64,000 nucleotides of DNA from Monocercomonoides exilis PA203 (lineage: Eukaryota > Protista > Preaxostyla). The stretch covers positions 1 to 64,000 of the forward strand of contig LSRY02000053.1 in NCBI GenBank assembly GCA_001643675.2. The letters run 5' to 3'. Each line of letters starts with the position of its first letter. Positions within the stretch are counted from its first letter, which is position 1. This document shows, piece after piece, positions 62,085 through 64,000 of this stretch. The notes under the pieces were generated by a model. The model was not told the origin of the DNA, made no database searches, and saw nothing but the letters and a program-made list of their open reading frames with translations. The position numbers were made by a program, and so were the translations under genes.

Positions 62085-64000
62085 TTATGACCTCATCTTT
62101 TTCATCCTCTGTCCTTTTTTTTGGCATTTCCACAGTTGCTTGGCGAACATTCCATTCAACTATTTTTCTGAATATACTTCTTTGCTCTCTTTCTTCCTCT
62201 TCACAAATCACTTTGAAAGTTGGACAGATATATCACTAAGTTTGCTTGAATTCTTCAACAGTCTTTATTGGTTCAGTGTCAACCTTGATTTGAGGATGCA
62301 AAGGGTGACTTTAGAAAGTGGAGAGGATTGTTTTCGGGCTGATAACAATCAGCTCTTGGAGGCTGGTGCCATGAGAGTTCGAAACACTGTGCAAAGTGGA
62401 GAGCACAGTGTTTTCACAGATCAAGTGCACTGGGAGCAGCAGTATGGTGGAGTACAGCGGGTGTGTGATTGGGGGTGGGGAGAAGGGGAGCGAAGGCTGG
62501 GAATGTGTAATATTCGAAGCGAAGCCAGAGGAGGCTGCGATGCGAGGCACAGGCCCATGGCTTGCATTACGGGGTGTTCTTGGGGGAGGCTAATGTTGCT
62601 GGGCGGTTTGCCCTCTAGCACTCAGTGGATTCGAGCTGCTCCATCCCGCTTGCCGTGTATTTCTGGACCAACATCACCGCCTACGTGTTTGAAAACGGAG
62701 ACACATGCTTCAACTTCACCGTATGTGGGTTCTCCTCTGCTCCTTGCCTGACCATTCCTCACGCCCTTTCCCTCAGACTCCCTCCGCTTCCTCTTCCCTC
62801 CTCCACCATCTCCATTTCCTCCGACTCCTCCCTGCCCTCATCTCCCCATCTCCATTCTCAACCTCCACTTTGCCTCCCTTCCTTCACCCACTCCATCGCC
62901 TCCCACTCTTCCCACACTGACCCCGACCAGGTTGTCGACCTCGTGCCCTTCATAACATCCTACTGCGCCTACTAAATGTTCGTCGACCCAGACACCGGCT
63001 TTTCTTCCCTCCAGGTCAGCTACCTGCTTTACCCCTGCGCTTCCATCTCCACAACTGTGTTACGCATCTACCGCTCAATAGAAAACTCCCTCTGGATCTG
63101 CCCACTCTTCCCTCTTCTCCCTCCTCGACGGATAACAAGCTGTGTCCTCCTTCCTCTTTTCCGTGACTGACCAGCACGTCCGTCTCAACTCCACCCATCT
63201 TTGTTCTATCCGAGAAACCCTTCGCTTCTCCAACATATCTGTCCATTCCCTCCCCCATCACCTGCCCAACTCATCATGTTCTCGCCACTTCCTACCTCTT
63301 CCTCTCCCACGCCAACCTCTCCTCCCTCAGTGCTGCCTCGCCTGTGCTCCTATTCGACGATGACATCAGCAACTTCGTTGAACATCTCATCACCACGGAT
63401 CTCGCCTTTGGAGGTTTCAAAGTTGTTATTCTCATCTTACTGTGAAATCAGTCAATAAGTTCCTTCAGCTTGATGCGTTCCATCTTCACTGCCATCTCGC
63501 TCAACAAGCTCTGTTGGAGTGTGCATGCCGACAGCTTCCAACTCACCGTAAATATCCTTTCCATTTGTATATTTTCCCTCACCGCCAGCTGCAACCTCGT
63601 CTGCTCCAACTCCAGTGCACTCAATATCCCCTCGTTCAAATGAGAAGGCGGAGTCATCCTTCCAGGCACCTCTTAGTAACTCCTCAACTGTTGATTCACT
63701 CGGTGCTGCATTGAGAATCATCTCTCTTCTCTGCCTTTCGTATTGACGCTTTCAGACTTTCGTGTTAAGGAAGAAACAGATGAAATGACACTCCTTGAAA
63801 TCTGTCATTCTTTACTCTGAGAGAAAGAGAGATAAGAAGTGGATATGGGAGAATTGAAGAAGGGGAAGAAGGAGAAGGAGACGATGAAGATGAATCGAGT
63901 TGTGAAGATAAAATGAGAGGATGGGGAAGAGAAAGTTGAAAAAGGGAATACGAAGAAGAGGAAGAGGAAGGATAAGAAGAAGAAGCAGTAGCATATGAGA
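62085..64000 (+). pseudogene. Degenerate Ser/Pro-rich surface-protein-like family gene, inverted paralogue of 50100-52010
   Basis: Near-identical segments (FTDQVHWEQQYGGVQRVCDWGWGEGERRLGMCNIRSEARGGCDARHRPM appears in both); frameshifts. Confidence 0.65.

Overview
AT-rich eukaryotic genomic DNA with short spliceosomal introns and the standard genetic code. The gene families and composition resemble an oxymonad such as Monocercomonoides; this is an inference from family style, not a database result. Only one clearly conserved housekeeping gene is visible: a BBS4-like TPR gene running off the window start. The rest is a transposon-rich accessory region containing lineage-specific gene families and pseudogenes. 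The main finding is a family of TIR DNA transposons with AAGATCATGG termini that encode a ubiquitin-specific protease (USP/C19). One copy (20121-26023) has perfect ~393-bp TIRs, encodes an intact ~1250-aa USP fused to a Sola-like DDD transposase, and carries a ~145-nt GC-rich structured RNA directly after the stop codon. A second, diverged copy (9788-13990, TGAA TSD) keeps an intact USP gene but has no transposase. Also present: a hAT element (8-bp TSD) carrying a pseudokinase fragment and inserted in a 466-bp-arm foldback palindrome, a decayed Tc1/IS630 element whose empty site is visible in a paralogous segment, three MITE families (two of them nested), and a P-loop GTPase plus coiled-coil gene pair.
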